Shown: positions 13,920-26,291 of the stretch, one piece after another
How the letters are laid out: every line of letters starts with the position of its first letter
Position numbering within the stretch: position 1 is the stretch's first letter
Assembly (NCBI GenBank): GCA_963705505.1
Contig: CAVPJU010000001.1
Location: forward strand, 224,001-288,000
Origin: an uncultured bacterium
Lineage (GTDB): Bacteria; Desulfobacterota_D; UBA1144; Nemesobacterales; UBA2774
Reading direction: 5' to 3'
DNA length: 64,000 nt
Notes under the pieces: model-generated
What the model saw: only the letters and a program-made list of their open reading frames with translations
Told to the model about the DNA's origin: nothing
Database searches by the model: none
Made by a program: the position numbers and the translations under genes

Positions 13920-15348
13920 ACTCTCTTCTCCCCGTCTTCCATTCGAGAAACAGCAGTATCCAGACAGGTGCGAATTCGAGCCACACGATTACATCACTGA
14001 ATACTCTCGATTCTCCCCGAGGCTCGAAATAATACCTCAGATAGTAGAGCGGGAGTAACGCCGTGAGCATGAGGAGCGGGAATCTCGGCTGAAGGGTTAA
14101 AAAGGGGAGGAGCCACACGTAGTACCACGGGAACTCGGTCGGGCTGACGAGGAACACGAATGCGATTATGAATAGGCTTTTTTTGAAGAGGTCGCTTTCG
14201 GTGGGCTTCCTGTACGTCGTATACGCAACCCATAGAACCGTAAGAGAGGCTGCGATCACACGCGCCAGAGCGTACTTGTTATACGTTTGGAATCCGAGAG
14301 TGCCGAGAGAGAAATCCGAGATGAAAATTAAAATGCGGAAAATCGAATCGTTGTTTTCCCAGCTCCTGCCGTAAGCGATGAGGCCTGAAGACTGGTCGGG
14401 CCCCGAGAGATATAGCGGCAGGAAGAGGACGCACAGGAGGGGTATCAACAGGATCAGCGCGCGCAGTATCCTTCCGGGGTTTGAAGCTATGGGGCGCAAG
14501 ACAAGGGGTATCAGGAATGCGGGCCAGAGCTTTATGCCGATGCCCGCCGCAAGGCTCGTGAGAGAACCCAAGTACTTAGCTCTCAACGCGAGCAGCAAAC
14601 CTCCAAATGCGAAAGGAAGGACAAGGACGTCCAGATGGCCGGAGTTATATATTTCCTTGACGAGGAGGGGATTCCACCAGTAAATCATAGAGTAGATCAG
14701 GGGCAGCCGCATGAGGTTGAGGGAATACAGGATGAGAGCTAGTGTCGCGATGTCGAAAACGAGCAGTATCGCTCTCCACGGTAAGAGGCTCCACGGCTTT
14801 ATGAGGTATGAGAGTGCAAAGAGCGCCTGGGTGACCGGAGGGTATATAGTGCGTATGCGGGGGTGGTTGATGCGGTGTATTATATCGCCTGAGTTATAAG
14901 CGAGCCTGCTTAGTTCCTCGGGGACAGCTCGGTTTTGAATAACTTCTTCCGGCGAATACTTGTAGGGGTTTATGCCGTTCGCGGTCACTGCCCCGTCCCA
15001 TAGGTATCTGAAATAATCGTCTTCGAGTATCGGGGTTGAGAAAAACATCACTACCCTGAGCGCGAGGCCGATAAATAAGACAAAGCCCAGCATTGTGCCG
15101 GCGTTAACCGACTTGAGCGCTCTGGAAACGGTAAATATGTAAAGAGCGCCCGAGAAAGTGAGTATCAGGACAAGCAGGAGCACGGGCCTGTCTATGAGCT
15201 GTGTCTCCTCAGAGAAATAATCCGAGAGGAAGGACAATATGAGGAAGAGACCCGTAAGCATCAAACCGCTCCATACGATCAGCCTCTTCGTATTTAACGT
15301 ACGTTCGCGCTTCCTCTCCTGATCCGCTCCGAAGAGCAAGTTCATCAT
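13897..15348 (-). CDS. Polytopic membrane glycosyltransferase (GT87/DUF2029-like, GT-C fold)
   Basis: Many TM segments; EDDYFRYLWDG, TIYPP, WNPL...GHLD, PWY motifs. Confidence 0.7.
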   Translation of the reverse strand: MMNLLFGADQERKRERTLNTKRLIVWSGLMLTGLFLILSFLSDYFSEETQLIDRPVLLLVLILTFSGALYIFTVSRALKSVNAGTMLGFVLFIGLALRVVMFFSTPILEDDYFRYLWDGAVTANGINPYKYSPEEVIQNRAVPEELSRLAYNSGDIIHRINHPRIRTIYPPVTQALFALSYLIKPWSLLPWRAILLVFDIATLALILYSLNLMRLPLIYSMIYWWNPLLVKEIYNSGHLDVLVLPFAFGGLLLALRAKYLGSLTSLAAGIGIKLWPAFLIPLVLRPIASNPGRILRALILLIPLLCVLFLPLYLSGPDQSSGLIAYGRSWENNDSIFRILIFISDFSLGTLGFQTYNKYALARVIAASLTVLWVAYTTYRKPTESDLFKKSLFIIAFVFLVSPTEFPWYYVWLLPFLTLQPRFPLLMLTALLPLYYLRYYFEPRGESRVFSDVIVWLEFAPVWILLFLEWKTGRREFIGSRFL

Positions 15349-15462
15349 GACGCTCCGGTGTATTCGGCTCCTGGTATCAATATACGCTCTTGCCGCAGTG
15401 CCCGGAAGGAGTAATCTGATTGTGGAAAGAATGGAATCAGGCGGAGGTTGATGAATACAATC

Positions 15463-16422
15463 TCATGCGTGCTCGGCGTGTTCTTCGAGAAATCTCTCGG
15501 CGTCGATTGCCGCCATACACCCCGACCCCGCTGCGGTGATGGCCTGCCTGTATTTGTTGTCCCTCACGTCACCCGCAGCGAATACTCCGGGGATGCTCGT
15601 CTCGGTGCTTCCGTTCTTTGTAATTAAGTATCCGAGTCCGTCCATTTCGAGCTTTCCCTTGAAGAGCGCCGTGTTCGGGTTATGCCCTATCGCGATAAAA
15701 ATGCCCTGAATCCCTTTTTCGGAAACCTCGCCTGTCTTCGTGTTCCTGAGCCTGACCCCTCTTACGCCGCCCTCCCTGTCACCCAATATTTCTTCCACCT
15801 CTGAATTCCAGATGAAACCTACCTTCGGATTTTTTTGCGCCCTGTCCTGCAGTATTTTCGATGCCCGCAGCTGTTCTCTCCTGTGCACGATGTCCACCTT
15901 CGACGCGAACTTCGTGAGGAACGTGGCTTCCTCGAGAGCGCTGTCCCCGCCGCCTACGACTACGAGTTCCTTACCCTTGAAGAAGAACCCGTCGCACGTG
16001 GCGCATGTCGATACACCGTGCCCGAGAAGGAGCTTCTCCGATTCTATACCCAGCATCTTCGCTGAGGCTCCGGATGCGATAATAAAGGAATCCGCTTCGA
16101 GGACGGTATCTCCGGCGGTGATCTTAAAAGGCCTCTTCGAGAAATCGACCGAGGTAATGGTGCTTAGCACGCACTTTGCCCCGAATCTCTCGGCCTGCTT
16201 CCTCATCGAATCCATAAGCGCGGGCCCCATTATCCCATCCGGGAAACCGGGGAAATTTTCCACCTCTGTCGTCAATGTCAGCTGGCCGCCTGCTTCCTTC
16301 CCCTCGAATACAACCGGTTCAAGGTTTGCCCTGGCTGTATAGAGAGCGGCTGTCAGTCCCGCCGGGCCCGAGCCCATTATGACGACCTTGTGCCTGCCTT
16401 TTACGTCCTTTGTGTCAGTCAT
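15463..16422 (-). CDS. trxB: Thioredoxin-disulfide reductase
   Basis: GSGPAG, CATC redox motif, GGGDSA, AAGDV, QAITAAG. Confidence 0.96.
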   Translation of the reverse strand: MTDTKDVKGRHKVVIMGSGPAGLTAALYTARANLEPVVFEGKEAGGQLTLTTEVENFPGFPDGIMGPALMDSMRKQAERFGAKCVLSTITSVDFSKRPFKITAGDTVLEADSFIIASGASAKMLGIESEKLLLGHGVSTCATCDGFFFKGKELVVVGGGDSALEEATFLTKFASKVDIVHRREQLRASKILQDRAQKNPKVGFIWNSEVEEILGDREGGVRGVRLRNTKTGEVSEKGIQGIFIAIGHNPNTALFKGKLEMDGLGYLITKNGSTETSIPGVFAAGDVRDNKYRQAITAAGSGCMAAIDAERFLEEHAEHA

Positions 16423-16638
16423 TTTCACTCCCGATATATATGCTTATTCTGTAAACTCCGCTTTATACTACATCTCGGAAGCGGATTTTCAAGTTAAGCT
16501 TACGCATGCAAAGTTCCGATTTATTTTAGATAGCGGGGGACAGGCATAGGATTCAAACGGGGCTTTCACCGGGCTGCTCGATGCTTCTGGTAGAATAATT
16601 ATGTCGCACGGTAATTCCAAGGGGCATAAAGGGATCGT

Positions 16639-17751
16639 ATGAGTATCAATAGATTGCCGTTACATGATGTACACGAGTCGTTAGGCGCGGTCTTTCGCGA
16701 GAGAGGAGAATGGCTCGTGCCGTATACCTACGGTGACACGCGGGCTGAGTATGAAGCGGTAAGAAAGCGCGTCGGTCTGGCGGATTTGTCTGACCGCGGG
16801 AAGCTCTGTCTCGGAGGTAAGGAGCATCTGAAATTTCTTCAGGGCATGCTCACGAACGACGTCATGAAGCTCGGGGAAGGTAGGGGGATGTACGCCGCGG
16901 TTCTCACCGTAAAGGGCAGGATGATTTCCGATATGAGGGTTTACCGTGAAAAGGAATCCGTGTTACTGGACCTCGAGCCCGGACTCAACATCAAGGTGGG
17001 GGAGCTCCTTAAAAAATTCAGGCTCTCTTACAAGGCGAGCATAGACGATTTGACCGAGAGCCTCGGTCTCATATCCATACAGGGTCCTGATGCGCCGCGT
17101 CTTCTTGCCGACATTATCGGTATAGAGAATCCTTTGCTGAACGAATACGAGCATGCGAGGCGGACTGTGGACGGGACGGAGATCATGGTTGTAAAAGCCG
17201 GCAGGACGGGAGAGGAAGGTTATGATGTTTACGTCGAGGCAGGTCTGCTCTCGTCTATTTGGGAACTGTTGGCGGAGAAAGGAAAGGAGTACGGGATAAG
17301 ACCTGTCGGCTCCGGGGCCCTAGAAATGCTCAGAATTGAAGCCGGTATACCTGCATACGGAATTGACATGGATGAAGATACGATTCCGATAGAGGCGGGA
17401 CTCTGGAACGCGCTCAATTTCGAAAAGGGATGCTACGTCGGTCAGGAGGTTATAGCCAGAATAAAGTGGAGGGGTCATGTTAACTGGCATCTTGCGGGTT
17501 TGGTTTTGAGCGGGGAGAGGACTCCCGATAAGGATGACGAGGTGATTCAAGGGGAAAAAAAGATAGGCCGCGTCACGTGCGGGGCTTTGTCCCCAGCACT
17601 GGGAAGGCCCATAGCGCTCGGGTACATAAGAAGGGAATTCATAGAGCCCGGCACGGGGGTTCAAATTCGGTTCAGCGACGGGGCAGAGGAGCAGGCGGAG
17701 GTCTCCCCCCTGCCGTTCACAAGGGGCTCGATCAGTCGAAATATGGAATAA
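16639..17751 (+). CDS. YgfZ/GcvT-family folate-binding aminomethyltransferase-like protein
   Basis: YgfZ signature KGCYVGQE; RIEAG; GcvT-like N-terminus. Confidence 0.85.
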   Translation: MSINRLPLHDVHESLGAVFRERGEWLVPYTYGDTRAEYEAVRKRVGLADLSDRGKLCLGGKEHLKFLQGMLTNDVMKLGEGRGMYAAVLTVKGRMISDMRVYREKESVLLDLEPGLNIKVGELLKKFRLSYKASIDDLTESLGLISIQGPDAPRLLADIIGIENPLLNEYEHARRTVDGTEIMVVKAGRTGEEGYDVYVEAGLLSSIWELLAEKGKEYGIRPVGSGALEMLRIEAGIPAYGIDMDEDTIPIEAGLWNALNFEKGCYVGQEVIARIKWRGHVNWHLAGLVLSGERTPDKDDEVIQGEKKIGRVTCGALSPALGRPIALGYIRREFIEPGTGVQIRFSDGAEEQAEVSPLPFTRGSISRNME

Positions 17752-17890
17752 TTGTCAAATTACTCACTCTAATCCTTGATTTTATCTCCCTCTCTATTAT
17801 AGTATCAGTCGGGTGTTTTCTTTCGGGTTAAAAGCTAGTTAATAAACAGGGTTGGGAATCTTTTATAAATCACTATTAACATTTTATTAA

Positions 17891-18970
<1,080 letters not shown>

Positions 18971-19023
18971 AAAGCGGTTACTATGTCGGTGTATTACGGT
19001 CCTTTTACTGATATGATATACAC

Positions 19024-19851
19024 ATGGGCTTCTTCAAGCGTCGCACCATAATTGTCATCCTGATTCTCTTCTTTATCGCGATACAGCTTTTTTCGCTCGA
19101 TCTCAGGGAAAGGAACAGCAAGAACCCGGTATCTAAATTCGTCCTGACCCTGACTTATTACCCCCAGAAATTCGTTTTTACGATCACGGAGAAGGTCGTA
19201 GGCACATGGCGGGATTATATCGACCTCGTGCATGTGAAAGAGGAGAATAAGAGTCTCCGGGAAGAGCTTAACAGCCTTCGTCAGGAAAAGTTCGAGCTTG
19301 CCGAAATCAAGGCGCAGAACTCGAGACTAAAAAAACTTTTGCAGTTCAAAGATGAATCTGTTTACCCTGTGGTATCCGCGAACGTGATAGGGGCAAGTCC
19401 CTCCATGCTGCGCTCTCAGGTCGTCATAGTCGACAAGGGCAGTACGGACGGGATAACCGAGGGGATGCCCGTAGCCTCTTACGACGGGATCGTCGGGAGG
19501 ATCCTGCTTACGGGCGATAAGAGCTCGGAAGTGCTTTTGATCACGGACCCAGTGAGCGCCGTAGACGCTTACATCCACAGGACCCGCGCGAGAGGCATTG
19601 TAAAGGGGGTCGGGAACGGCTGTGAGATGGAATATATCGAAAACAAATCCGATGTCAGCGTCGGGGACAAGGTCATCTCGTCCGGGAAAGACGGTTTTTT
19701 CCCTAAAGGGGTTATAATCGGGACCGTTACCGGTATAAGCGCAAGCGGGAGTTTCATCAGCGCCGGGATTTCTCCGCACGTCGATCTTAACTCGCTTGAG
19801 GAGGTAGTAATAATACAAAAACCCGTAAACAATATGGTTTTAAATGAATAA
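19024..19851 (+). CDS. mreC: Rod shape-determining protein MreC
   Basis: N-terminal TM plus coiled coil, DKGSTDG, SG.DGFFPKG; operon position. Confidence 0.93.
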   Translation: MGFFKRRTIIVILILFFIAIQLFSLDLRERNSKNPVSKFVLTLTYYPQKFVFTITEKVVGTWRDYIDLVHVKEENKSLREELNSLRQEKFELAEIKAQNSRLKKLLQFKDESVYPVVSANVIGASPSMLRSQVVIVDKGSTDGITEGMPVASYDGIVGRILLTGDKSSEVLLITDPVSAVDAYIHRTRARGIVKGVGNGCEMEYIENKSDVSVGDKVISSGKDGFFPKGVIIGTVTGISASGSFISAGISPHVDLNSLEEVVIIQKPVNNMVLNE

Positions 19852-20335
19852 GACTATTACGTACATCTCTTTGCTTGTTGTCTCGATCGTTCTTATTACG
19901 GTGCAGTCGACGATCCTGTCACCGAGAAAAGTCGGGTTCCTGTTTCCCGATCTGAATTTGATCTTTATAGTTTTTCTCGCCGTTTATTCGGAAGCGAGAG
20001 GGAGCTTCCTCATAGCCGCGGGCAACGGATATATGATGGATGTCCTCTCGGGGAATCTCCCCGGGACTTTTACTATATCCCGCGTGAGCGCGTACCTGCT
20101 CGTACGCACCAGCTCCAATCATGTCTATCTCAAGAAAGTAATCGTCCAGGGGCTCGTAATATTCATAACGACTATTTTTACGTGGACTTTTATTTTAACT
20201 ATAATTAGAATAAAGAGTGACGCGGGCTTTGCGCTTTCAATCAACGAAATACTTACTCAGGGGCTTATAAATTCGGTAGTTGGCGTGCCGCTTTTCTGGG
20301 CAGCGGGCAGGATACATGCAAGATTTCAGAAATAG
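19844..20335 (+). CDS. mreD: Rod shape-determining protein MreD
   Basis: Small polytopic membrane protein (PDLNLI, G..MD) between mreC and mrdA. Confidence 0.85.
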   Translation: MNKTITYISLLVVSIVLITVQSTILSPRKVGFLFPDLNLIFIVFLAVYSEARGSFLIAAGNGYMMDVLSGNLPGTFTISRVSAYLLVRTSSNHVYLKKVIVQGLVIFITTIFTWTFILTIIRIKSDAGFALSINEILTQGLINSVVGVPLFWAAGRIHARFQK

Positions 20336-22124
20336 ACTCGTAATTGCGACTATAATTCTCGGCATAGCGTTCCTGGGGCTGGTATCGAGACTCTGGTTCT
20401 TACAGGTGTTAAAGGGGGACGAGTTTGAGGCTTTTTCCCGCGATAACAGGATAAGGATCGAGAGAGTTCCCGCTTCGAGAGGGAGGATCCTCGACAGGTA
20501 CGGACGCGAGCTTGTAGTAAACAGACCATCCTTTGACATTTATGTTCTGCCCAAGGACGTTGAGGACTTCTCCTCGCTCAGTGTAAACCTGTCCAGGGTG
20601 CTCCGCGAGGACCCTAACAAGATCGAGCAGAAAATAGTCCAGGCATCTAAGAAGAACCGCTTCAAATCCGTCCTTGTCGCGCAGGATATAGACCGCGATC
20701 AGCTGGCTTACATAGAGGCGCGAAGGACGTCGCTCCCGGGCCTCATCATAGAGGTCAACAATTTGAGACAGTACCCTCACGGAGTGCTCGGCGCATCGTT
20801 CCTGGGATATATAGGCAAGGTGAACGAAGACGAGCTCCAGGCAAACCCTGAGCTCAACAGCAACGGTCTTGTGGGAAAAACCGGGGTCGAAAAGACCTGG
20901 GAAGATTCCCTCCGCGGGGATGACGGGTTCGTTCAGAAAGTTACCGACGCACTGGGAAGGGAAGTTACTTCGAACCTCTTCCAGAAAGACCTCGTCAACA
21001 AGGACAGCGTCCCCGGCAACGACGTCATGCTGTCCGTGGATATCGATCTCCAGAAGGCCGCCGAAGACGCCCTCGGTGAGGAGTTCGGTGCGATTGTGGC
21101 GGTGAACGTCAGGAACGGGGAGGTGCTCGCTCTTGCCAGCAGGCCCTCGTTCGATCCGGCCGATTTTGTGAAGGGTATCGACCCGAAGACCTGGTCCGAG
21201 CTTGTTAAAGACAAGAATTTCCCCCTTGTGAACCGCGCTACACAGGGTCTTTACGCTCCCGGCTCCGTTTTTAAGATGATATCGAGCGCAGCCGCATTGA
21301 GTGAGGGAATAATCAACCCGGATACGCTACTGAATTGTCCGGGATTTCACAAAGTGGGATCGCATACTTACAAGTGCTGGAAAACGGGAGGCCACGGCTG
21401 GATGAACTTGAGGTCGGCAATAGTCCATTCGTGCGATGTTTATTTTTACCAACTCGGGGATAGACTGGGAATTGACAGGCTCTCCAAGTATATGAAGTTG
21501 TTCGGTTTCGGGTCTCTCACCGGAATTGGAATCGAAGAACGTGCCGGAATCGCTCCAAGCAAGGAGTGGAAACTGGAGAAGTTTAAAAAGCCGTGGTACA
21601 AAGGCGAGACGACCGTTACCGCAATCGGACAGGGTTTTGTAAGCGTAACTCCGCTTCAGGTTGCCATGATGACGGCCGCCATAGCGGATGACGGAACCCT
21701 CCTTACTCCCAAACTGGTTATAAAAGAGGTAGCATTCAACGGGGATACTACAATGAACGATGTTCCGCCGAAGGCGCATCTCCCCATTAGTCATGAAGTA
21801 CTATCCCTCATCAGAGATGCCATGACGGGCGTTGTCAACGAGCCCGGCGGCACAGGTCACGGAGCAAGAATCGAGAATATAACGGTTGCGGGAAAGACAG
21901 GCACGGCTCAAGTGATCGCACTCGACTCACAAACTAACGATAAGGCGCACCAGGATCATGCCTGGTTTACCTCGTTTGCTCCGGCCGAGGCTCCCGAAAT
22001 CGTCGTGACGGTGCTTATTGAGCACGGAGGACATGGCGGAGCGGTTGCCGCCCCTATAGCCAAGAAAATAATTGAGATGTATTTCAATCTGAAGAAAGAG
22101 AGAAAAACAAATGATAATGTTTGA
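20316..22124 (+). CDS. mrdA: Penicillin-binding protein 2
   Basis: RGRILDR, GSVFK (SxxK), SCD, KTGT. Confidence 0.95.
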   Translation: MQDFRNRLVIATIILGIAFLGLVSRLWFLQVLKGDEFEAFSRDNRIRIERVPASRGRILDRYGRELVVNRPSFDIYVLPKDVEDFSSLSVNLSRVLREDPNKIEQKIVQASKKNRFKSVLVAQDIDRDQLAYIEARRTSLPGLIIEVNNLRQYPHGVLGASFLGYIGKVNEDELQANPELNSNGLVGKTGVEKTWEDSLRGDDGFVQKVTDALGREVTSNLFQKDLVNKDSVPGNDVMLSVDIDLQKAAEDALGEEFGAIVAVNVRNGEVLALASRPSFDPADFVKGIDPKTWSELVKDKNFPLVNRATQGLYAPGSVFKMISSAAALSEGIINPDTLLNCPGFHKVGSHTYKCWKTGGHGWMNLRSAIVHSCDVYFYQLGDRLGIDRLSKYMKLFGFGSLTGIGIEERAGIAPSKEWKLEKFKKPWYKGETTVTAIGQGFVSVTPLQVAMMTAAIADDGTLLTPKLVIKEVAFNGDTTMNDVPPKAHLPISHEVLSLIRDAMTGVVNEPGGTGHGARIENITVAGKTGTAQVIALDSQTNDKAHQDHAWFTSFAPAEAPEIVVTVLIEHGGHGGAVAAPIAKKIIEMYFNLKKERKTNDNV

Positions 22125-23235
22125 CAGGAGGCTCCTCCAGAGTTTCGGGTGGTCTCTTTTCCTTATGACCCTGGCGTTCTCTGCGCTTTCCCTCATGAAC
22201 CTCTACAGCGCGTCTTACCAGACCGGGCTCGGCTATTTCAAAAAACAGGCCGTATGGGTATGTATCGGCATTTTTTCCATGATAGTGGTTTCTTTTATAA
22301 ATAATAAGATCATAAAGCAGTACGCCCTTTATATTTACGGCTTCTCTATACTGCTCCTTCTCTCCGTCCTGGTGTTCGGCAAGGAAGTTTCAGGATCGAA
22401 AAGCTGGATCACTATAGGCTCTTTCGCGACAATACAGCCTTCGGAGCTTGCAAAAATCCCGATAATACTCGCAATAGCCAGATTCTACGACAACGATTAC
22501 GAAGGTATGCCGTACAGCTTGCTCGAACTGATAAAGCCCGTGGTGCTCATCGCTCTGCCGCTCGCGCTCGTCATGCTCCAGCCCGACCTCGGCACCGCCC
22601 TTACAATAATACTTATATCCGGGAGCATGATTTTATTTATGGGAGTGGAGAAAAAATCGATCGCATTGATTCTGGCGGTGGTCATCGGGTTTTCTTATCC
22701 CGCATGGCATTTCTTCCTTAGACCGTACCAGAAGGAGAGGATAAAAACGTTTCTCGAGCCTTCAAAAGACCCTCTCGATTCCGGCTATAACGCTATACAG
22801 TCTCAGATCGCCGTAGGTTCCGGGAGGTTCACGGGAAAGGGGTTTATGTCGGGCTCGCAGACACAGCTGAGGTTTATACCGGCGCAGCAGACCGACTTCG
22901 CTTTCTCCGTGTTTGCGGAGGAATGGGGATTTCTGGGCGGGTTCATGGCGCTGCTCCTCTATTTTATGATTATTCTCTGGATACTCGACACGGCGAGCAG
23001 GGCGAAAGATAAATTTTCCGTGATCACGTGTTTCGGGATTGCGGCCATGTACTTCTGGCATATCGTCGTCAATGTGGGAATGGTCATAGGGCTTCTCCCG
23101 ATTGCCGGTGTACCGCTCTTGCTTATGAGCTACGGCGGGTCTTCGACTCTGACCGCGCTCATCGGTATCGGTGTTGTGCTCGGCATCAGGATGAGGAAGT
23201 TCCCCATACAGGGGCCGGCGGTCGAGCTCAGGTAA
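22111..23235 (+). CDS. rodA: Rod shape-determining protein RodA (SEDS family)
   Basis: QPSELAK, QPDLGT, TDFAFS..AEEWG, SYGGSS. Confidence 0.95.
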   Translation: MIMFDRRLLQSFGWSLFLMTLAFSALSLMNLYSASYQTGLGYFKKQAVWVCIGIFSMIVVSFINNKIIKQYALYIYGFSILLLLSVLVFGKEVSGSKSWITIGSFATIQPSELAKIPIILAIARFYDNDYEGMPYSLLELIKPVVLIALPLALVMLQPDLGTALTIILISGSMILFMGVEKKSIALILAVVIGFSYPAWHFFLRPYQKERIKTFLEPSKDPLDSGYNAIQSQIAVGSGRFTGKGFMSGSQTQLRFIPAQQTDFAFSVFAEEWGFLGGFMALLLYFMIILWILDTASRAKDKFSVITCFGIAAMYFWHIVVNVGMVIGLLPIAGVPLLLMSYGGSSTLTALIGIGVVLGIRMRKFPIQGPAVELR

Positions 23236-24205
23236 TCTCCTCCCCCTTGATATCGCTGGGACTCGGTATCCCGCCCAGGCTTTTGGACCGGTGAAGGGCG
23301 CGCAGAATCGCGTTTCCCGTGAGTTCTGCGGCTATTATTCCGACGAGGTTGGCGTCTCCCTCAATCTCCCCGCATGATACGGCGATCACCACGTCCCCGT
23401 CGGCTATCGTATGCACGGGGGATATTACCCTCGCAAGCCCGGTCTGGGCAATATTGGCGATCCTGCCGAGCTCGGATTTTGAGAATTTTGCATTGGTTGC
23501 CACGACTGCCAGCGTCGTGTTTTGAGATTTATCCTCTTTGAAAGTAACTCCTTTTTTAAACAGGTTCACGGTACCGGCGAATCTGCTCCCGCCGGGCGTC
23601 GTCCTTACGCCGGCGAGGATCTCCCCGGTCTTCGGAGATACGACGTCGCCGAATGCGTTAACGACGACGAGAGCCGCTACTATTGGGCCGTTTTCGAATT
23701 TGTAACCGGCCGTTCCGATACCCCCTTTGGTCGCATATTCAAGGCCGAGGAGCTTGCCGATCGTAGCGCCTGTTCCTACCCCAATGCTCCCCTCCTCCAC
23801 CCTCGATGAATCTGCGTTGAGGCACGCCTCGTAACCCATGCGGGCGTCGGGCCTTACCTTTCCGTTCCCTATGCCGAGATCGAATATTACGGCTGTAGGC
23901 ACGGACGGCACTACCATCCCGTACCCTACGCTGAGCCCCGTGTTCCTTTCTTCGAGGTATTTCATCACGCCGCCCGCCGCATCGAGCCCGTAGGCGCTCC
24001 CCCCGGTGAGGAGGATTGCGTGGATCTTGCCGAAAGTATTGTGCGAGAGCAGCGAATCGATCTGCCTCGTGCTTGTACCTCCGCCCCTCAAATCGATTGC
24101 GCCCATCGCCGGTTTATCAAATAGGATTACCGTACATCCGGTCACCGCGTCGAAATCAGACGCGTGGCCGACCCTTATGCCTTCAATGTCTGTGATTGAG
24201 ATCAT
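23228..24205 (-). CDS. P1/S58 (DmpA-like) peptidase
   Basis: ITDIEGIRVGH, TGGSAYGL, VNAFGD, NTTL, H...DGD. Confidence 0.88.
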   Translation of the reverse strand: MISITDIEGIRVGHASDFDAVTGCTVILFDKPAMGAIDLRGGGTSTRQIDSLLSHNTFGKIHAILLTGGSAYGLDAAGGVMKYLEERNTGLSVGYGMVVPSVPTAVIFDLGIGNGKVRPDARMGYEACLNADSSRVEEGSIGVGTGATIGKLLGLEYATKGGIGTAGYKFENGPIVAALVVVNAFGDVVSPKTGEILAGVRTTPGGSRFAGTVNLFKKGVTFKEDKSQNTTLAVVATNAKFSKSELGRIANIAQTGLARVISPVHTIADGDVVIAVSCGEIEGDANLVGIIAAELTGNAILRALHRSKSLGGIPSPSDIKGEEIT

Positions 24206-24272
24206 GGTGATTATTCTAAAATCAATATTGTTTATTTCAAAGTCGGCCCCTTCTCCGCGCCCCCGCCTTTAC

Positions 24273-24300
24273 TTGACAGGATACGATAATCAGATAAAAT
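24273..24300 (+). promoter_or_regulatory. Putative sigma70 promoter of the cox operon
   Basis: TTGACA-16 bp-TAAAAT upstream of the SCO gene. Confidence 0.5.
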
Positions 24301-24462
24301 CTTCCACGTTTTTAGGTTATTAGGGTTAAGGTATTTTCGGATAGATAACCCGTTTTGTTTTCATTATAATATCCTGTATTCACCCCAAATTATGATTGAA
24401 CGCCTGACACGTGTTGATAGACGAAACAAATGGTATTGTGTAACGGGTTTGGGTAACCGGGC

Positions 24463-25299
24463 GTGAAGGGAATCAGGCTTGAAAATATGTATAATCCGAA
24501 AGCGATAATAAGGATATCCGTTATTTTTTTAATTTTCTCTGCGAATTATGCGTTTGCCATAACCGACGCGAGGGACGTGAAAAACATCGGGTTTGACGAA
24601 AAGCTCGGTGCCCTAGTGCCCGGCGACATAACGTTCCGTGATGAAAACAACGAGCCGGTAAAAATTAAGGATTTATTCACACCCGGTAAGCCCGTAATAT
24701 TGAACCTCGCTTATTTCGGGTGCCCGAGGCTTTGCAGTATTACGGCGGACGGTCTTATTCAGGTCATGAACGAGCAGAAATCACTCGAACTCGGAAAGGA
24801 TTTTAAAATTCTGACTGTCAGTTTCGACCCCAAAGATACCCCGGAATCGGCCGGAGCTAAGGCTGCCCGATACCGTGAGAGGGTACAGCAAGGGGAATCT
24901 CTCAAGGAGAATTGGTTATTTTTAACTTCCGACCGGGAAGATATAAAAAAGCTGACGGACGCAGTCGGGTTTAAATTCAAACCTGACGGTGATCAATTCG
25001 CCCATCCTTCCGGTGTGATTATTCTTACCCCGGAGGGAAAAATTTCCAGATATCTAGAGGGCATTCAATACGACCCCACTGACTTCAGGCTTGCCCTGCT
25101 CGAAGCGTCCAGGGGGAAAATCGGTTCCTCCGAAGTTATAAATAAGGTTCTCCTTTTCTGTTACGAATTCGACCCTATAGGCAAGAGATACGCACTCAAG
25201 GCTTTGAACATCGTCAAGGCGGCGGGAGTCGTTACGTTGCTGTCCGTTTGCGGGGTGTTGACATATTTCTGGAGAAGAGAGAGGAAGGAGCCCGAATAG
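24463..25299 (+). CDS. SCO1/SenC-family protein (start may be ATG 24487)
   Basis: CxxxC (CPRLC), TVSFDP, FAHP, C-terminal TM; first gene of the cox operon. Confidence 0.9.
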   Translation: MKGIRLENMYNPKAIIRISVIFLIFSANYAFAITDARDVKNIGFDEKLGALVPGDITFRDENNEPVKIKDLFTPGKPVILNLAYFGCPRLCSITADGLIQVMNEQKSLELGKDFKILTVSFDPKDTPESAGAKAARYRERVQQGESLKENWLFLTSDREDIKKLTDAVGFKFKPDGDQFAHPSGVIILTPEGKISRYLEGIQYDPTDFRLALLEASRGKIGSSEVINKVLLFCYEFDPIGKRYALKALNIVKAAGVVTLLSVCGVLTYFWRRERKEPE

Positions 25300-25323
25300 G
25301 AGAATGGAGGTTTAAAGAGACAA

Positions 25324-26262
25324 ATGACTTGGATTCCAGAGGCCGCATCGAATCTAGCAAACAAGGTGGACGGAGTAATCCTGCTGATTACTCTGATGTC
25401 GCTTGTATTTTTCATACTCATAACGGTGGTTCTCGTATATTTTGCCATCAAATACAGAAGAAGAAGTGAGGACGAGGAAACACCCTATATAACGGGGAAC
25501 GAGCCTCTCGAGATAATCTGGACCGTCATACCGTCCATTCTGCTGATAGTGCTCTTTATATACGGTTATGTCGTTTTTAAGGAAATGAGGACGCCTCCCA
25601 AGGACGCTGTGGATATAGAGGTTCAGGCAAAGCAGTGGCTGTGGACGTTTGATTATTATAACGGCAAGAAAACGATTAATGAGTTGTACGTCCAGCAGAA
25701 CAGGCCGGTGCGGCTCGTCATGCAGTCGGAGGACGTACTTCACGACTTGTTTGTCCCGGCATTCCGCATGAAGCAGGACGTAGTTCCCGGCAGATACGTT
25801 CAGGAGTGGTTTACGCCTACCAAGATCGGCACATTCGATATTTTTTGCGCGGAGTACTGCGGTACGGGACATTCTGCTATGCGTGCTAAGGTCATAGTGC
25901 TGAGTCCGGAGGCTTACGACATATGGGAGCACGGGGCAAAGGCCGGGGAGGGTGCGGGCGTTGCGTCACTCCCGCCCGCCGAGCTCGGGCAGAAAATATA
26001 CAAGGAAAAAGGATGTAATGCCTGTCACAGCATTGACGGGTCGGTGATTGTCGGTCCCTCGTTCAAGGGTATATACGGCCATACGGTGGATTTACAGGAC
26101 GGCTCAAAAGTTGATGTGGATGAGAATTATATCAGGCAATCTATATTAGAGCCTCAATCACAGATGGTAAAGGGTTTTCCGCCTGTAATGCCTTCGTTTA
26201 AGGGCATACTGAGTGATGACGATATTACTGGGGTAATAGCTTACATTAAGACGTTAAAATAG
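25324..26262 (+). CDS. coxB: Cytochrome c oxidase subunit II with fused cytochrome c (caa3 type)
   Basis: CuA motif [19 protein letters not shown]-terminal CNACH. Confidence 0.95.
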   Translation: MTWIPEAASNLANKVDGVILLITLMSLVFFILITVVLVYFAIKYRRRSEDEETPYITGNEPLEIIWTVIPSILLIVLFIYGYVVFKEMRTPPKDAVDIEVQAKQWLWTFDYYNGKKTINELYVQQNRPVRLVMQSEDVLHDLFVPAFRMKQDVVPGRYVQEWFTPTKIGTFDIFCAEYCGTGHSAMRAKVIVLSPEAYDIWEHGAKAGEGAGVASLPPAELGQKIYKEKGCNACHSIDGSVIVGPSFKGIYGHTVDLQDGSKVDVDENYIRQSILEPQSQMVKGFPPVMPSFKGILSDDDITGVIAYIKTLK

Positions 26263-26291
26263 GTGTTTTGATATTAAGGAGGCTAGGTTTT